From Paragordius varius (Eukaryota; Animalia; Nematomorpha), in NCBI GenBank assembly GCA_964247055.1, contig OZ176058.1:1488001-1552000 (forward strand): a stretch of DNA of 64,000 nt, read 5' to 3'. The first letter of the stretch is position 1; each line of letters begins with the position of its first letter. The notes below the pieces were generated by a model, which did no database searches, was not told the origin of the DNA, and worked only from the letters and a program-made list of their open reading frames with translations. The translations under genes and the position numbers were made by a program. Below, piece after piece: positions 1 through 13,859 of this stretch.

Positions 1-960
1 TAAGAAATCTATCTCTTTGCGAAAAAGCCTTTTTAATATTTTTTTGCTTTATTTTATATTTTATTAATTTTTTTAACTTTAATTTATTTTTGGAATTTAA
101 TTATTAAATAACTGATGAGACCCGGAGACAAATATTTTCACAACAAATCTTATATCATTAAATCTTATTGGGGATAAAATTTACTTCGAAGGAAGCGCAT
201 AAAAAAAATTAAATTTTTCGGTTATTTTTGTATACATAAATATGGGCAAATTATATAAATATAGGGACACCATTTGACTATACATTATATTAATTTTCCA
301 TAATACTCCAAAAGCAAGACATTATTTGGTAAATATGTTTAAAAAATATCAATTTTATCAAGTTTTTTTATTAACAAAAATTTTGTTATACTCTTTAAAT
401 TTCTAAATTTATGTGGGCCGCACATAATATCTTGAGGGCCAGTGTGGGCCAATGACTTGGATCATCTTAAAGAATGCGTTATATTATGTGTTTTTAATCA
501 ACTTAATTATTTTTAATTATATGGTTTAGAGGGTTATTCAACACATTTTTCGGTACACAAAAGTGCTGTAAAAAATGTTAGAAAAATAAAAAATTGGATA
601 TAAATCAAAAATATACGATTTTTCAAAAGATATGTCATCTAAAATTGCCCACAAACTAAATAAAAAACCAAAAATTATCTAAGCAGCCGCAGAAATATTT
701 GTTAGACGCGATATATTCTATTTTGATTGTGGCGCTTTTATCAATGGGGTTGATAAAAATATTTATAAAAGTTTAAAGGACACCGTAAACATAATCATCC
801 AAAATTATATATTAACGTTAAAAACTAAATTGGCATTAATATTACTAAATAAAAATCCAAAATAATTTTGAACCAATATTTAATATGAAATGTCATTTAA
901 AATTCTAAATTATATTGATTAATACAGTCATTTTCCTAACAATAATATTGTCTTAGAAAA
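1..960 (-). pseudogene. Degenerate non-LTR retrotransposon relic: thumb/C-terminal part (family a)
   Basis: Reverse complement of the block that directly follows RT domain 7 at 25030-25950. Homologues read YRVQHKYFRGCLDNFW (37095-37142). Many stops and indels. Confidence 0.6.
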
Positions 961-1380
961 TTCCTGATTGAATACATATTATTTTAGGGTAGCCCAAAAG
1001 ATAAACTAAAACAAAAAAGTATGAAGTGCCTGAATAGCAATTGCATTTTAAATAAAAATAAAACTTATTAAAGCCAAAAATTACATACAGAAATCCTATA
1101 TGCCGATGATCTGTTTTTATGCTTCAAAGCTATTTATATTTCTACTCTCATTAATTATACAAAATAAGCCAACAATGATCATTTTTAAGAAATCATATTT
1201 AGATGCAAATTATATCCATATTTTAACATTAATTTGAATTTTCGACTATCTAATCTCTGATGAAAAATTTGTCCACCATCTATTTTATAGATTAAATCCC
1301 ATGAAAAATATTTTTTGGTCATTTGTTTTGGACTGCTTGAATACAAATAGATTGTCACCACGGATAAAATCAACTATCGA
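961..1380 (+). pseudogene. Degenerate non-LTR RT core (domains 4-7, family b)
   Basis: ATC CTA TAT GCC GAT GAT CTG = ILYADDL at 1093-1113, followed about 170 nt later by a PPSI..KSHEKYF domain-7-like segment. Confidence 0.8.
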
Positions 1381-1419
1381 TTCGCGAAAAAAGCCTATTT
1401 CCAATTAAAAGTTTAAAGC

Positions 1420-2620
1420 ACACCGCAAACATAATCACAAATTGTAACGTTAAAAAATTAAATTGGCATTAATATTACTAAGAACTCCAAAATTATTCAA
1501 AATTTTTGAATCTAAATATATAAAGATGAAAATTCATTTCTATTCCAAAATTATATTAACGTTGTAATAGGGCCATTTTCCTAACAATAATGTTGTCTTA
1601 TATCGGCTCATGGTCCATTTTCAATAAAGATATGATACAAATGTTTATCAACTAAACTTTCATAGAAAATAGTTTTACCTACAGATAAAGATATTACATT
1701 TTGGTATATTCAATTTTAAATGTTTGTAACGGTAATGTTGCTAAATATCATTATTTATAAAAATAACAAAAAAATTCAACATGGGACTCTATCGATATAT
1801 AGATGGTAGGTTATAATTTAAATTTTAAGTTTATTTAGAATTAAATAAATACTTACTGTTAACATTAGGGAATTATTGGCATTAGAATATTAATTATTAA
1901 AAATTTTTTAGTTTCGAGTCATATACATTAATTATTTTATATGTAACATAGTTATCGAATAAAATGGACAGATCTTCTGCGTACAACATTTCTTAGGATA
2001 TATAATTTTTGGCTATTAATCATTTTTTTAATAAATACAAATTGTGATATGATCATTTAATTTTGTCATTTTCTATAATCTATTTTATTTGCAAATTTTT
2101 ATCATATCCACCCGTCTTTTAAGCGATTAGTTCAAAAAAAATAAAACCTAATTTCAGTTGAAGAGGGTAACAAATAATATTTAATTAAGTTTTAATTTTT
2201 TGATGCCTATTTTTACAGTCTTACTGCCGTATATTGAAAACTAAAACGTTCAATGTATTTTCATTTTATTGTTCTAGTTAATCACATTTATTATAATATA
2301 ATGAGTACCTTGTCGATCTTTATTGGGTGTATGTATAAAAATTTTAAACGTATTATATTTCAACACACTTCTAGTATTTGGCAAAAGATTTTATGAATTC
2401 AATGTTTAATATAAAACTGATTATTCTACATCAGAAGTTGGCCATTTAAGGCTTATCAATCTCTCCTTCATGGATTCTATCAACATAATACAGACTTGAC
2501 ACAGAAATTTAGGGTAATCACAATATAACGATAAAAAATTGGAGGTATCAATAATAAAATTTAAACAATAATTTTAAAATAGCAACGTGTAATATCAGGC
2601 AAAAGCCATATCGATATATA
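1420..2620 (-). pseudogene. 5'-truncated degenerate non-LTR RT relic (family c/d)
   Basis: Minus-strand TAC GCA GAA GAT CTG (YAEDL) at 1972-1983. Collinear inverted homologue of 24000-25230, where YADDL is intact. Confidence 0.7.
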
Positions 2621-2679
2621 ATTGTAGGAATTAAAAAATAAAAATAAAACGCTAAATTTATTTTAAAATTCAGTCTGTA

Positions 2680-5600
2680 CCTTGATTTATTAGTCTTGCG
2701 GTGTTTCTATTTACTCTTAAATCACTCTATCATATAGCTCAGTTGATCGAATTAAAACACTTTTTGGGATCATCATATATAATATATATTTGACTGATTA
2801 TTACACAATGGTTTTGCATATTCAATTTTTTTATAGTACTAACCGAGATATATAATGTTTTAGCCTTAATTAAAGATAAAAGGAATTATTCACAAAACTT
2901 AAACCTTGAATTCGAAATTGGAAATTAACCCTAATTAGAATCGAAAGACAAAACAAATTAAAGCCAGCCATTTTTTTATTTTAAAAAACATTGGTTCCTG
3001 TTTTGACTTTTAAGTGTGCTATAATCGTTTTATTATAACACGACAACAAATTTTACCTTTAAGTGCCATCCTTTTTATTATTTCATTAAAGTATATAAAT
3101 AGTATATCTGTAAAAAAATTAGTCTAACACCAAAGAATTTTTTTATTATAGTTTATCGAAAAATTTTAGCCCCGATTAACATTGAACTCGAATTTTTAAA
3201 ATTATATATGGAACCATGTATTTTATATCATTCGAAAGAACGCGAAAAACTGAATCTTTTTAGTCATTTAAACCAAAATGTAAAGGTTATTCAGGGTTTA
3301 TATGGTCAAATTTTTCTACACTTAAATAAGTCAATAATTTTGACATAACTAAATTAAAATTTAGATAAATCAATTTAATATAATTATTAGGGTTACATAG
3401 CATAAAATTTAGTAAAAAAAAAACTTTGAAAAGGCTTTTTAAATTACTATTTGAAATTAATATTTATTTTACCTAGAGGTTAGTAATGTGCATAATTATA
3501 ACTGTAAATTTATTACATAATGGATATAAAATATCAACGAACATTTTAAACTATACTTCTGGTCTTCAAAACTTTAGCCTTCTAATCTTTAATATTGATA
3601 GGAATTTATTTAAATAAAACAACTAAAAATTAAATATGGCTCTATTGAATGACATAAAGGCAAAAAATTGGTGTTAGATCAAAAAAAATTCTTGCTTAAA
3701 AAATATATTCATAAAATGCTCTTGCTTCGCTGGTTGGTCGCTTCCTATCTATAATATTACTATCGATGTAAACATATATTCATGATTTCGATCCTCATTA
3801 ATGATATAATAAAAATGGGCATTTGTTGTATGTTTTTAAAGAAAAACAATTTTTAGTAAAATTTATTGGAGGGCGCATAATCATAAAAAATAAAATTATA
3901 AAATTCTTTGATTTATAATATAATTTAAATTTTACCGTTCAATAGTAAATATCAGAAAATACAAACAAACTCAAGTGGCAAAATTTGTTGTCTATTTTAA
4001 AACAGTTATGGGGTCGATTTAATAAATAGATGGCAGGTGAATATTTATATATACTTTAATATAAGATATTATAAACATTGTTTTTTAAAATTAGGACATT
4101 AATATACATTAATATAAATTTACTTAATTTATCTTTATTTGCGATAATTTATTAATAAAGTATATATCTGAATAAACGCATATCGAAAGACAATAGTAGA
4201 AGGTCTGCCAGAGAATTTCCTATGGAAATTACAATTTTTGGCTTTAAATCATTTTTCTATTTAGTGAAAAATTAAAAATTTTAAATAATTGACTATATTT
4301 TTTTTTCATTTTTTTGTATATTACTCATCGGTGACGTCGTAAAATAAGATTTAGAGATTTGAATTATAATATACTTATTATATTCAATAGAATATGTGGG
4401 AATAATCAAAGTCTAAAGAAGTACGGTTGTCTTTTCAAATATTTGATTTTTATTTTTTTAGTTTCGCATCTTTATTGCACATTAATTAATTTGCTTTTAC
4501 CATGGTTAACAAATAATATATTTATATTTTTTTACTAATTATTCTTTTTAATCTATTATATACGTGTATGTTTTAGTGAAAATGTCGAAAATTGGGTTTT
4601 AATACGGACTCTTAATATTATTTATGCATATTTATAATTTTTACTCAATTTTTATAAAATCGTTATAAAACATTGTAATACATCGCTTTAGGCACAAAAT
4701 GTCACCAAAAAATAAATTGTTATAAAACATAAGTTAAGTTGATTGTATAAATAGAGAACGAAAATACGCTTTTGCGTTTTGAGTTCTGGAATATACATTT
4801 GTCGTATAGTGTATATGCATTATGTAAATATGAATTAATTAAAATGAAGGATATATATAAAATTTTGTTTCCATTTTTTTACTTTATCACAAAAATACAA
4901 AATATTATGATAGCAAATCCTTGCTTTAATAATTTTAATCTGGATATCTAATATTAAGATGTGCCTTTAAATATCGAGAATTACAAAGGCTGCGTAATAC
5001 AATATGAATAAATATACATTGCAAGTTTATTATTTGACATATAGCGCATACAGCAAAGGGTAATACAATTGGCTTATAATTCTATAATTTTTAGTGTTAT
5101 TCCCCAATTATAAAACTCTTTGCTATTAAAGCTATCTGGTAATATGTAGTTAAGCCATGTATATACAATTATATAATATGTCTGCGAAGCTCATAGAAAC
5201 AAATCTTTTAGGACTTCTCATTAATGCAAGAATATCGTAGCTTGATATATTTATAACTATATTAAACACCAATATATTATATCAATTGTTAAAACTTTAT
5301 TGCATTCGATTTCTTAATATACCGATTAAGTATTCAGAAAAAATTTAAAAAAATAGCAAAACTACCTTTGCTATTTTAATAAATATTTCATTTTATGCCC
5401 TTAGCAATCAAAATTTGTTAAATACTGATGACTTGTTGGAAATGGATCCGAAACTCAAGAAATACCATTTAACATTTTAAATCAAGTTAATTGCATTATT
5501 TCCTCTACAAACTTAGTACGACAATATACAGTAAAAAATATAATTAAATCGTACAAAATTCTAAGCAAATACTTTTTTAAGGCAGCCATGCTTTATTAAC

Positions 5601-6100
5601 CTTGATTTTCCGTATTTTTCACAACTTCAATTATTGAAAAATCAAGGTTAAAAAGTATGGGATGCCTTTTGTAATATTTGTATTTTAGTTTTTACGTTTT
5701 GTCTGTATAATTTCAATTTTTGCTAAGTGTGTGTGATTTTATTTATCCATTTTATATTTTAAAATTCCGATATTTTAAATTTTTATTAGTTTCTATTAGG
5801 GAAGTTCTTCACACACTAAAACCATAAAATGAAAATTATTATATATAAGCTTATATATTTGATCAGATAATAATGAATACCTTATAGTCATAATGTTAAA
5901 TTTAAATAGACAACTATTTATAACTTTTAAATATGTATATTGAATAGGCTCTATTACGAAAATAATTTAATAAAAATAACAAATTTAGTGATTTCATAAT
6001 TTCCATTTTTGCGTGTATGATTTTCGTTTTTGAGATTTTATTTATGATTTTAAAATCCGATTGTAACTAAGAGATAATATTTACTTGCTATATTTTTACT
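2680..6100 (-). pseudogene. Long degenerate non-LTR relic (RT domains 1-7, thumb, knuckle)
   Basis: Collinear inverted homologue of 19750-23500, e.g. 4200-4235 vs 22070-22105 and 3715-3750 vs 22555-22590. Confidence 0.6.
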
Positions 6101-6639
6101 AGTTATAAGACAAATCTTGAGATATTAAAAAATGCAAAATTATTATTTGAGCAAATTTATTTTTTAGATTATAATGAATTCGTCAAATGTAAAGGTTAAG
6201 TTAAAAAGATAAATATTGATAGTTTTGACATATGTAGATTGAATAAGCTCTAAAATCACATCAATGATTTTTAGATATTTTAAAAATTTAGGATACAAAT
6301 GATTAAAGTCATATCATTTAATATTGCCAGATAAAACTTACAATAAAGAGTAATATTTATAGCTTAAAAAGTTATATATTTTCCCTTTTGCCTTTAGCCA
6401 ATAATACTGTTCAATACTGTAAATCCTATATCTGAAAATATTAAAAAACTACCAACAAATATATACAGTTGTTGAATTATACAGACTTAATGTCCAAACA
6501 TAAAAACGTTTATTTTAAAAAACAATTATACTTTTTAAACCCTAATTTTTCTTATAATTATTTTACTCTATTTCTTACTATGAATCAATGGATATAATGA
6601 ATAGTGATTTTAAAAAGTACAGCAGTTTTTTAAATAAAT

Positions 6640-6960
6640 ATTTGACTTTATTACTGTATTATTCACAAAAAATTTCATTTGGAGTTTCTTCTTTCGTTAC
6701 AACATATTCTATATATTATTGTCATCTACCATAAATGTCATCAAAATTGGTAAAATTACAAATTTTGCGACATTCTTTAAAGGTGGCAAAATTGTTAGCA
6801 TTGCCTAAACAGCCTCCATAAATAAATTTTAGACATTCGATTTTATTAACATTGAAATAATATTTCTAAACGATTGCTTTACATGGGCTAGTTCTGGTTG
6901 GAAATGACATATCTCATCTAATGAACTAATAGCAGCTAGGACTAAAAATATATAAAAATA
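6640..6960 (-). pseudogene. C-terminal relic with degenerate zinc-knuckle-like segment
   Basis: Minus strand reads RICC../KEETPNEIFCE near 6665-6710. Inverted homologue of 19380-19700. Confidence 0.4.
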
Positions 6961-6978
6961 TATATGATATATATATAC

Positions 6979-7210
6979 CATTTACATTTCAAAATCATCC
7001 TCGAACGATTCAAATTCACCCGTGAACAAATGTTTTGAACCAATATAACTCATGAAATATATAGTTTATTATTTTTTCAGTATTAATTTTAAGCAAAAAT
7101 TTTATTTTTAAAAAATATTTAATAATATAGGTAAATTTTAATCTAAGAAAACATATATTTTAATGTGGGTGAATTTCAATTGTTCGAGGGGTAAATTTAA
7201 ATTGTAAATG
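6979..7210. mobile_element. MITE-like foldback, about 230 bp, in TA-repeat flanks
   Basis: About 45-bp imperfect TIRs (CATTTACA..CCTCGAACGATTCAAATTCACCC / GGGTGAATTTCAATTGTTCGAGG..TGTAAATG). Second copy at 19099-19328. Confidence 0.65.
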
Positions 7211-7219
7211 ATATATATA

Positions 7220-8000
7220 AAAGGGTAATCCAAAGAGAATGTATCGTGTCCAACTCAAATATTTTCGCGGCTGCTTTGATAAATTTTAATTTTTTATTTA
7301 GTTTGTGGGCAATTTTAAATGACATATATTTTAAAAAATCGTAAATTTTTGATTGATATCCAATTTTTTATTTTTCTAACATTTTTTAAAGCACATCTGC
7401 GTGCCAAAAAGCGTTTTGAACATCCCTACTTTAGATCATATACATAAAAAAAATTTTGTTTTAAAAAATATTTAACGAATTCATCAAAATGATCCAAGTC
7501 AGATGTTTCCAACACTAGGCCCTCAAGATATTTTATGCATCCCACATAAATTCGGAGATATAAAGAGAATAACAAAATTTTTGTTATTAAAAATTTGATA
7601 AAATTAATATTTTTTAAACATATTTACCAAATGATGTCTTGCGGATTTCGGCCAACTAGGAAAAATTTATAGAATGAAATGGTCAAATAGTATCCCTATA
7701 TTCATTTTTTGCCAGTATCTATGTTTTTCATAAAAAAACGAATATAAATTAGATCTTTTTTGGTGCGCTTCCTTCGAAGTGAATTTCATTTCCAAGAAGA
7801 TTTAATGGTTCAAGTTTTTGAAAAAAAATTTCTCCCAAGTCTCGGTTATTTTAATATGAATTAAAAAATAAACTTATTTAAAAAAAAATTTAAAATACAA
7901 AAAAACTATTTGCTAGGCTTTTTCGTAAAGGACGTCATATGTTCTGATTTATATGAAATTTTAAACTATTACTTAAATAAATGCAGTTTTATATTTCAAA
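7220..8000 (+). pseudogene. Degenerate non-LTR thumb/C-terminal relic (family a)
   Basis: TATCGTGTCCAACTCAAATATTTTCGCGGCTGC block at about 7240-7275. Inverted homologue of 1-720 and 18380-19090. Confidence 0.6.
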
Positions 8001-8099
8001 ACTCAAAATATATAATGATATGTTTAAATTTTTCAAAATATACTTTCAATTGTTAATATTATTTTAGACAAATTTTTTAATGGAGGTGTATGAATCAGG

Positions 8100-8620
8100 C
8101 CTTTTTTTTTTACTGCGGTTCATAATTGAAAATAAAAACATTAAAATAATAATGATGTATGATTGCGGAAACGTTAATATTAAAAAACATTATTTATTTT
8201 ACAAATATCCAACAACAAGCTATAATTGATTAATAACCAAGTTACATATTATTAGGCATAGATGTTAGTGTATATGATATGAAAAACTCATGAATGATTG
8301 AATTTTATGGTTTAATTATTTTATTTGATGTTTTCGAAACAAATGGCCAAAATTGCCATAACATAACCTATTAATAAATAGATGGCGGTTATCTTTTAAA
8401 TATGAAATTTATTTATGATTTTAAAAAAAATTTAAGTTAAAATTTTGATAAATTGCATCTAAATATACCATAAAATTTACATTGTTGTCTTTTTTGTATA
8501 ATTTATATGAAAAATGGTTTATCAAATAGATATGAAGCCATTATGGACATGTCGTCGGCGTATAGAATTTCTTTATGAAATTTTTGGCTTTGTTAAAATC
8601 TAGTTAACACTTGACAATAT
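8100..8620 (-). pseudogene. Degenerate non-LTR RT core (family b2)
   Basis: Minus-strand TAC GCC GAC GAC (YADD) at 8551-8562 in the context ILYADDMSIMAS. Confidence 0.8.
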
Positions 8621-8795
8621 GAAAAAGTAAAGATACAGTAGGAACTTTATAGCAACCGAACGTATTAGGGAGCATACAACTTTTAATCACCTTATTTATA
8701 GTTTCGAAAGATTAAATTAAAAATTTTGGTAAAGATACACCTTATGTAAAGCACCTTTCAAACAAAATTTTAATTATTATTGAATTTCTTAAAAG

Positions 8796-9055
8796 ATTTT
8801 TCCGAACTTTTCAGGCAAACGCAAGCAAATGCAACATTTTTATAATCAGACCAAACATTATTTCAACTAGCGCAACATTTTTACAAATAAACGCGAATGT
8901 TCTTCAACCAAAGCAACATTTTTTCATCCGCACCTTTTTTAGGCAAACTCAACTATTTAGTACCGTTTGGATGAAAAATGTTGCGTTTGGTTGAAAAATG
9001 TTATGTTTGGATGAAATACTGTTTCGTTTGGTTAAAGGGGTTGCATTTGACACAG
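8796..9055. repeat. Foldback element built of 20-21 bp subrepeats
   Basis: TTTGGWTGAAAAATGTTRYG-type units in tandem on the right half and their reverse complements on the left half. Inverted copy at 39804-40058. Confidence 0.7.
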
Positions 9056-9099
9056 AAATAATTTCTAATTTTATAAACAATGATAGATAGTATATACGG

Positions 9100-10250
9100 C
9101 AATAGTTGCTAATAAAAGTAAAAAGTGAAAAAATAATTATTGATATATCTGTCGATTATTAATGAAAAACTATCAATTATTTACTTATGTTATATTTTTT
9201 TAAAATATTGGCTTATCGGTGTTTATAATTAATGTGCATTGAAATGAGCATAAATAAAAGAAAAATATTTTAAAATATTATGCCCATTTATACATAAGGT
9301 GTATTTTCGCATTCTTCCAATAAGCTAGCGGAATTTTGTATATATATTCATATTTTCCATCAAAATATTCGGACAACTGTTTATATAAAATTTATATTAA
9401 GATCGCTCAAGTTCGAAAATTCGTGTAAGCGACACCTTTTCAAAATATTCCTCATATTCAAAGTATTATAAAATTCAATATATATCCATAAAGGAGTGTA
9501 ATGATAAAATAGGCAAAAAATTCTTTCTTGAGATGGATAATATCCATCTCATATTTAGGTTCTTTTGGCCTATTAGGATTCTTTTTTGCGATTGACAAAG
9601 GATTTTTAAAACGCAATTTGCATGGGTATGTTAATGGAACACTTTATTACCTTTATGATCGCATTATGGAAAAGGTGTTTTTGTGGCGTATCCCAGAAAA
9701 TCACTTATAATCATAATTTTGCTAAAAATGTGCTTTACATATGGTGGTTCTTTACGTAAGAATGAACGAAAATTTTTAATCCTACCTTTTAAAAATATTA
9801 TACAAGGTAATTGAAAAATGTATGCCCCCTAATACCTTTGTCTGCCAAAAAGTTGATTAAAAGGAATAAGCTATAGATAAATCAAAATTAAAAAAAAAAT
9901 TATGAATATACGTTGATCTGTATAATATATCTACTGTATCTTTAATTTTTCATAATGTAAAATACGGCAGTTGATTATTATAATGAAATCAAGATCACGC
10001 ATTTTTGAAGAAAAGAATTTTAAGTCAATTAATATAATTAACCATAAAATACATTTAGTTTGTTGTATTAGCGATTCTATAAAATTTAAACCAAAAAAAT
10101 GATGCGAGACAAAAGTTTGAGATGAGGATATTAGGATTTGACTTTTTTATCTTTTTGTATCGTGCATATAAAACCAAGATTCATTTTATATTTGGTTTAT
10201 AAGGCCAAATACATTTTATAAGATATTTAATTTTAAAAGGGCTTGGCGTA
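9100..10250 (-). pseudogene. Diverged thumb/C-terminal relic (family k)
   Basis: Inverted homologue of 38560-39800 and 56420-57560, direct homologue of 16960-17680. The TATCCTCATCTCAAAC..TTTTTGGTTT block aligns loosely with the family-a thumb block. Confidence 0.45.
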
Positions 10251-10254
10251 TTAA

Positions 10255-10806
10255 AACTTCGATTCAAATTGGGACTAAATTTAAATTATTTTTAAAAAAC
10301 TACTGAAGGAAACGGTCCCAATTATAATTTATACTTCTATCCTGATATATTATATATGCCAAAATACCTTGATAAAATTTTGTTTTGAAAAAAAGCTCTA
10401 TCTCAAACTACTTCGACGCCATTTTTATTTTGCAAAATTTGTGCAAAATATCGTCTTTATTTAATTTTAAGGGTAAAACTAAAGCTAACTTTTTATATAA
10501 ATTGCATCTAACATTGATAGAAATAGCAAAAGCTGTTTAATTTGTATAATTTTTCAATTTTACAATTTGACACATGTCACGTTCACGAAATTTTTACTTT
10601 TCGGTTTTAGCCTTAAATAAGTAATATCAAGTTTTTTTAAATAAAATTTTTTATATATCAGTTAATTAATGTTAGATAAGTGCAAAATTTTGCCATAGTT
10701 TTGATTTCTCCTATATTTTTAAAGAATTTAATTTTAAACAGGCCTGGGGTATCCAACTACCCCAATTTGAATCGAAGGACTAAAATGAGTGTCTTGTATC
10801 CAAGTG
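10255..10806. mobile_element. About 550-bp MITE-like insertion
   Basis: Subterminal IR TTCGATTCAAATTGGG/CCCAATTTGAATCGAA. Direct homologue at 32270-32804. Absent from the paralogous site near 38560. Confidence 0.75.
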
Positions 10807-10809
10807 TTA

Positions 10810-11330
10810 TTTCTTTAAAAGGTAAAGTAAGACAAAAAAGTGAAAAGATAACGAATTGTTAACTAGAAATCTTAATTGTATTTTAAATAAAATATAATTT
10901 ATTAAAAGCAAAAATTAAAAATAGAAACACTATAAGACAAGTTAACTTATTTTAAGTGTTACGTAGTTATTTCATATTGGTTCAATATAAATTATACAAA
11001 ATAACATAATACATATCATTTTAGAATTATATTAATTAAAACTATTATCAAGTCATTAAAAATTTTTTTTGGTATTTTTATTTAATAATATATTATTACC
11101 CGTCATCTATTTATTACTTAAATTACAATATACAAAATTTTGGTCATTAGTTTTGAAATCATCAAATACAATGGATTAATTACCATTAAATTCAATCATT
11201 AATTTTATCATTTTATATACGCTAATTCCACTATACCCAAAATATAATATATTTTTAGCTTGTTGCTGGATATTTGTAAAGTTAATGAAGGTTTTTAACA
11301 TTAATGTTTCCGCAATAATTCATAATAGTT
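10810..11330 (+). pseudogene. Highly degenerate RT core
   Basis: Collinear with family b cores (domain-4 region at 10820, CCCGTCATCTATTTATT at about 11099). The YADD itself is decayed. Confidence 0.45.
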
Positions 11331-11442
11331 TAATGCTTATTTGCTTTTACAAACTATGATATGGAGTTAAGGGAACCTGATTGCACCTTCTTTAAAAAAT
11401 TGCATAAAATTATAATTTACTAATAATATATTTTAAATCATA

Positions 11443-11448
<6 letters not shown>

Positions 11449-11485
<37 letters not shown>
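11449..11485. repeat. (TA)n microsatellite
   Basis: Direct reading. The orthologous position in the inverted copy at about 37902-37937 is also (TA)n. Confidence 0.95.
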
Positions 11486-11488
<3 letters not shown>

Positions 11489-11619
11489 TATATCTATAAT
11501 ATATATAATCTGAAGTTTCCTCTGTAAAAACTGCTTTTATTTAAGTAATAATGCCAAAAAATATTAAAAAATATTATTGTGATTTTTTTACTTTTTAAAT
11601 TAATTAAAAAAATTACAAA

Positions 11620-12540
11620 TAAAAATTAATTCAGAACATAAGATATTGTTTTTTTGCATTATTTTATATTTTTTAATTTTTTATTTTAACTTAAGTCATT
11701 TTCAATGTAATTATTAAAATATCCGATGAGATTTGGGGGCATATTTTTTTTCACAACAATACTTCAAATATTGTTGTTAAAAAATTCACTTCAAAGAAAG
11801 CGCACAAAAAGATTAAGTTTATATTTGGTTTTTTGAGAAATACATAGATGTAAGAAAAATTTATGCAAATAGGGACACCATTTGACCATACATTATATTT
11901 ATTTTTCCTAATTCGCCAAAATTCTCAAAACATTATTTGTATGTTTAAAAAATATAAATTTCATCAAGGTTTTTTTAAATAACGAAAATTTTGTTGTTCT
12001 CTAAATTCTGAATTCATATAGGCCGTATAAATAATCTTTAGAGCCTAGTGTTGGACACCTCTGACCAAAATCATTTTGATAAATGCGTTAAATAATATAT
12101 TTTTAATATATATTTTTAAGTATATGGTTTATAAGAGGGACGTTTAACACATTTTCAGTACAGTGCTCTAAAAATGCTTAGAATACAAAAATAGATTAAT
12201 CGAAATTACGATAATAAAAAAGATATATCATCCAAAGCAGCCACGAAAATATTTGGTTGCACACGATACATTTTCATTTGATTTTGGCGCTTTATTTATT
12301 ATCGTGGATTAGGTTTATAAAAATATTAATAGTTTAGAGCACATCGTAAATATAATTATCCAAAATTATATATTAACGTTAAAAAATTAAATTGGCATTA
12401 ATATCACTAAAAAATCCAAAATAATTCAAAATATTTGAAAATAAATATATAAAGAATGAAACATTTATAATCCAAAATTATATTGATGCTTTAATACAGG
12501 CATTTTCCTAACAATAATATTGTTTTATATCGGCTCCTGG
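11620..12540 (-). pseudogene. Degenerate thumb/C-terminal relic (family a)
   Basis: Direct homologue of 1-960, inverted homologue of 36820-37760. Confidence 0.6.
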
Positions 12541-12559
12541 TTCATGATATGAGATAATT

Positions 12560-13440
12560 TTAAAAGGACTTAGGGTATCAAAAAGGTCAACTAAAACAAA
12601 AAAGTGAAGAGGTGATGAAGTGTTAAATAGCAATTTCAGTTGTATTATAAATAATATAATTAATTAACAAAATTTACATACAGAAATCCTATATGGCATG
12701 GATTCTTAAACTAATCGCGACCCCATTTGGGGTCGGGCAGCAAAATTATCTCGAGTCATAAAAATACAATTTAACAAAAAATGTTTTTTAAAAATTATTG
12801 TTCAAAAATAACAATCATCTTAGAAAAATATAGTAAAAAATCTCCTGGTTTGGAAAGACTGTTTTTACCAGCATTTCTAATCCGATCATTATATTATCTT
12901 GTATAAATTTGGAGATTTATTTTCCGCAATCTCTTAAAACTGAAATAATCCTGATAAATATAATCAAGTTTTATTTCGAAGAAATATAAACATTTTGTGT
13001 TATTATCATTTAGCCATTGTATGATTGTGAAGGAAGTGAATGTTATTCCGAATTAGTCAATTTAAAATTTTTTTTCCATTTATAATCCGCATATGTATAG
13101 TTTAATTTTTTTGGTAATATGTTATTTATGTATATTTATCATATATTAGGTAAAAAATTTGCCTATTGATAAATGGCTGAACCTAAATAAGAATGGTAAT
13201 GACGTAGGTGATCTCTTTTTGTGCTTCATAGCTATTTGATATTTTTACTTTCATTAATTATACAAAATAAGATAACAATAATCATTTTTAAGAAATCTTT
13301 TTTGGATGCAGTTAATTTCCAAATTTTAATATTATAATAATTAGTAGATAAGAAAGAGTATTTCTCCGCCATCTATTTATTGACTAAGTCCCATATAACT
13401 TTTTTGGTTATTTGTTTTGGATGCTATTCAAAGAGATTGA
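12560..13440 (+). pseudogene. Family b RT core interrupted at the YADD region
   Basis: GAAATCCTATATGGCA at about 12683-12698, then an insertion, then TGATCTCTTTTTGTGCTTCATAGCT resumes at about 13209. Confidence 0.65.
12711..13211 (-). mobile_element. Helitron-like non-autonomous element (copy 1)
   Basis: Inverted homologue of 27886-28435. Hairpin CGACCCC-ATTT-GGGGTCG at about 12718-12735, terminal TTAG instead of CTAG. Confidence 0.5.
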
Positions 13441-13859
13441 ATACTTAAAATATATTGTTTTAAAAACAACTAATAATTACTTTTTATATATTATTCATAA
13501 AGTATATTTAGCATATGCAATTATTTTCAAAAATTGTATATTTTCTTTCACATTCAATCATTAGCCGCATTAAAATATGGGGATATAAATTCGAAAATGC
13601 CTGCTTAACATAATATCAGTAATATACTTTGCAGCATATTAACTCTATATTTATAAAAAATTTTTTAATATTCTTAACTTTACACTGACTTATATACCGA
13701 CTTGACTTATGCCAGCCATAGTTATTATTAAAATTAAAATGTACAAAATTAAATTTTTGACTGCTTTAATTTAAGTAATAAGGTGAAAAAATTTACCAAA
13801 GAATTTTTATGTTTTTTCTTAATTTTTAAATTAACATAAAATTATACAAAAAATAATTC

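Noticed and set aside
8796-9055. CRISPR-like array
   Set aside because: Degenerate adjacent units without unique spacers, arranged as a foldback, in a eukaryotic context.
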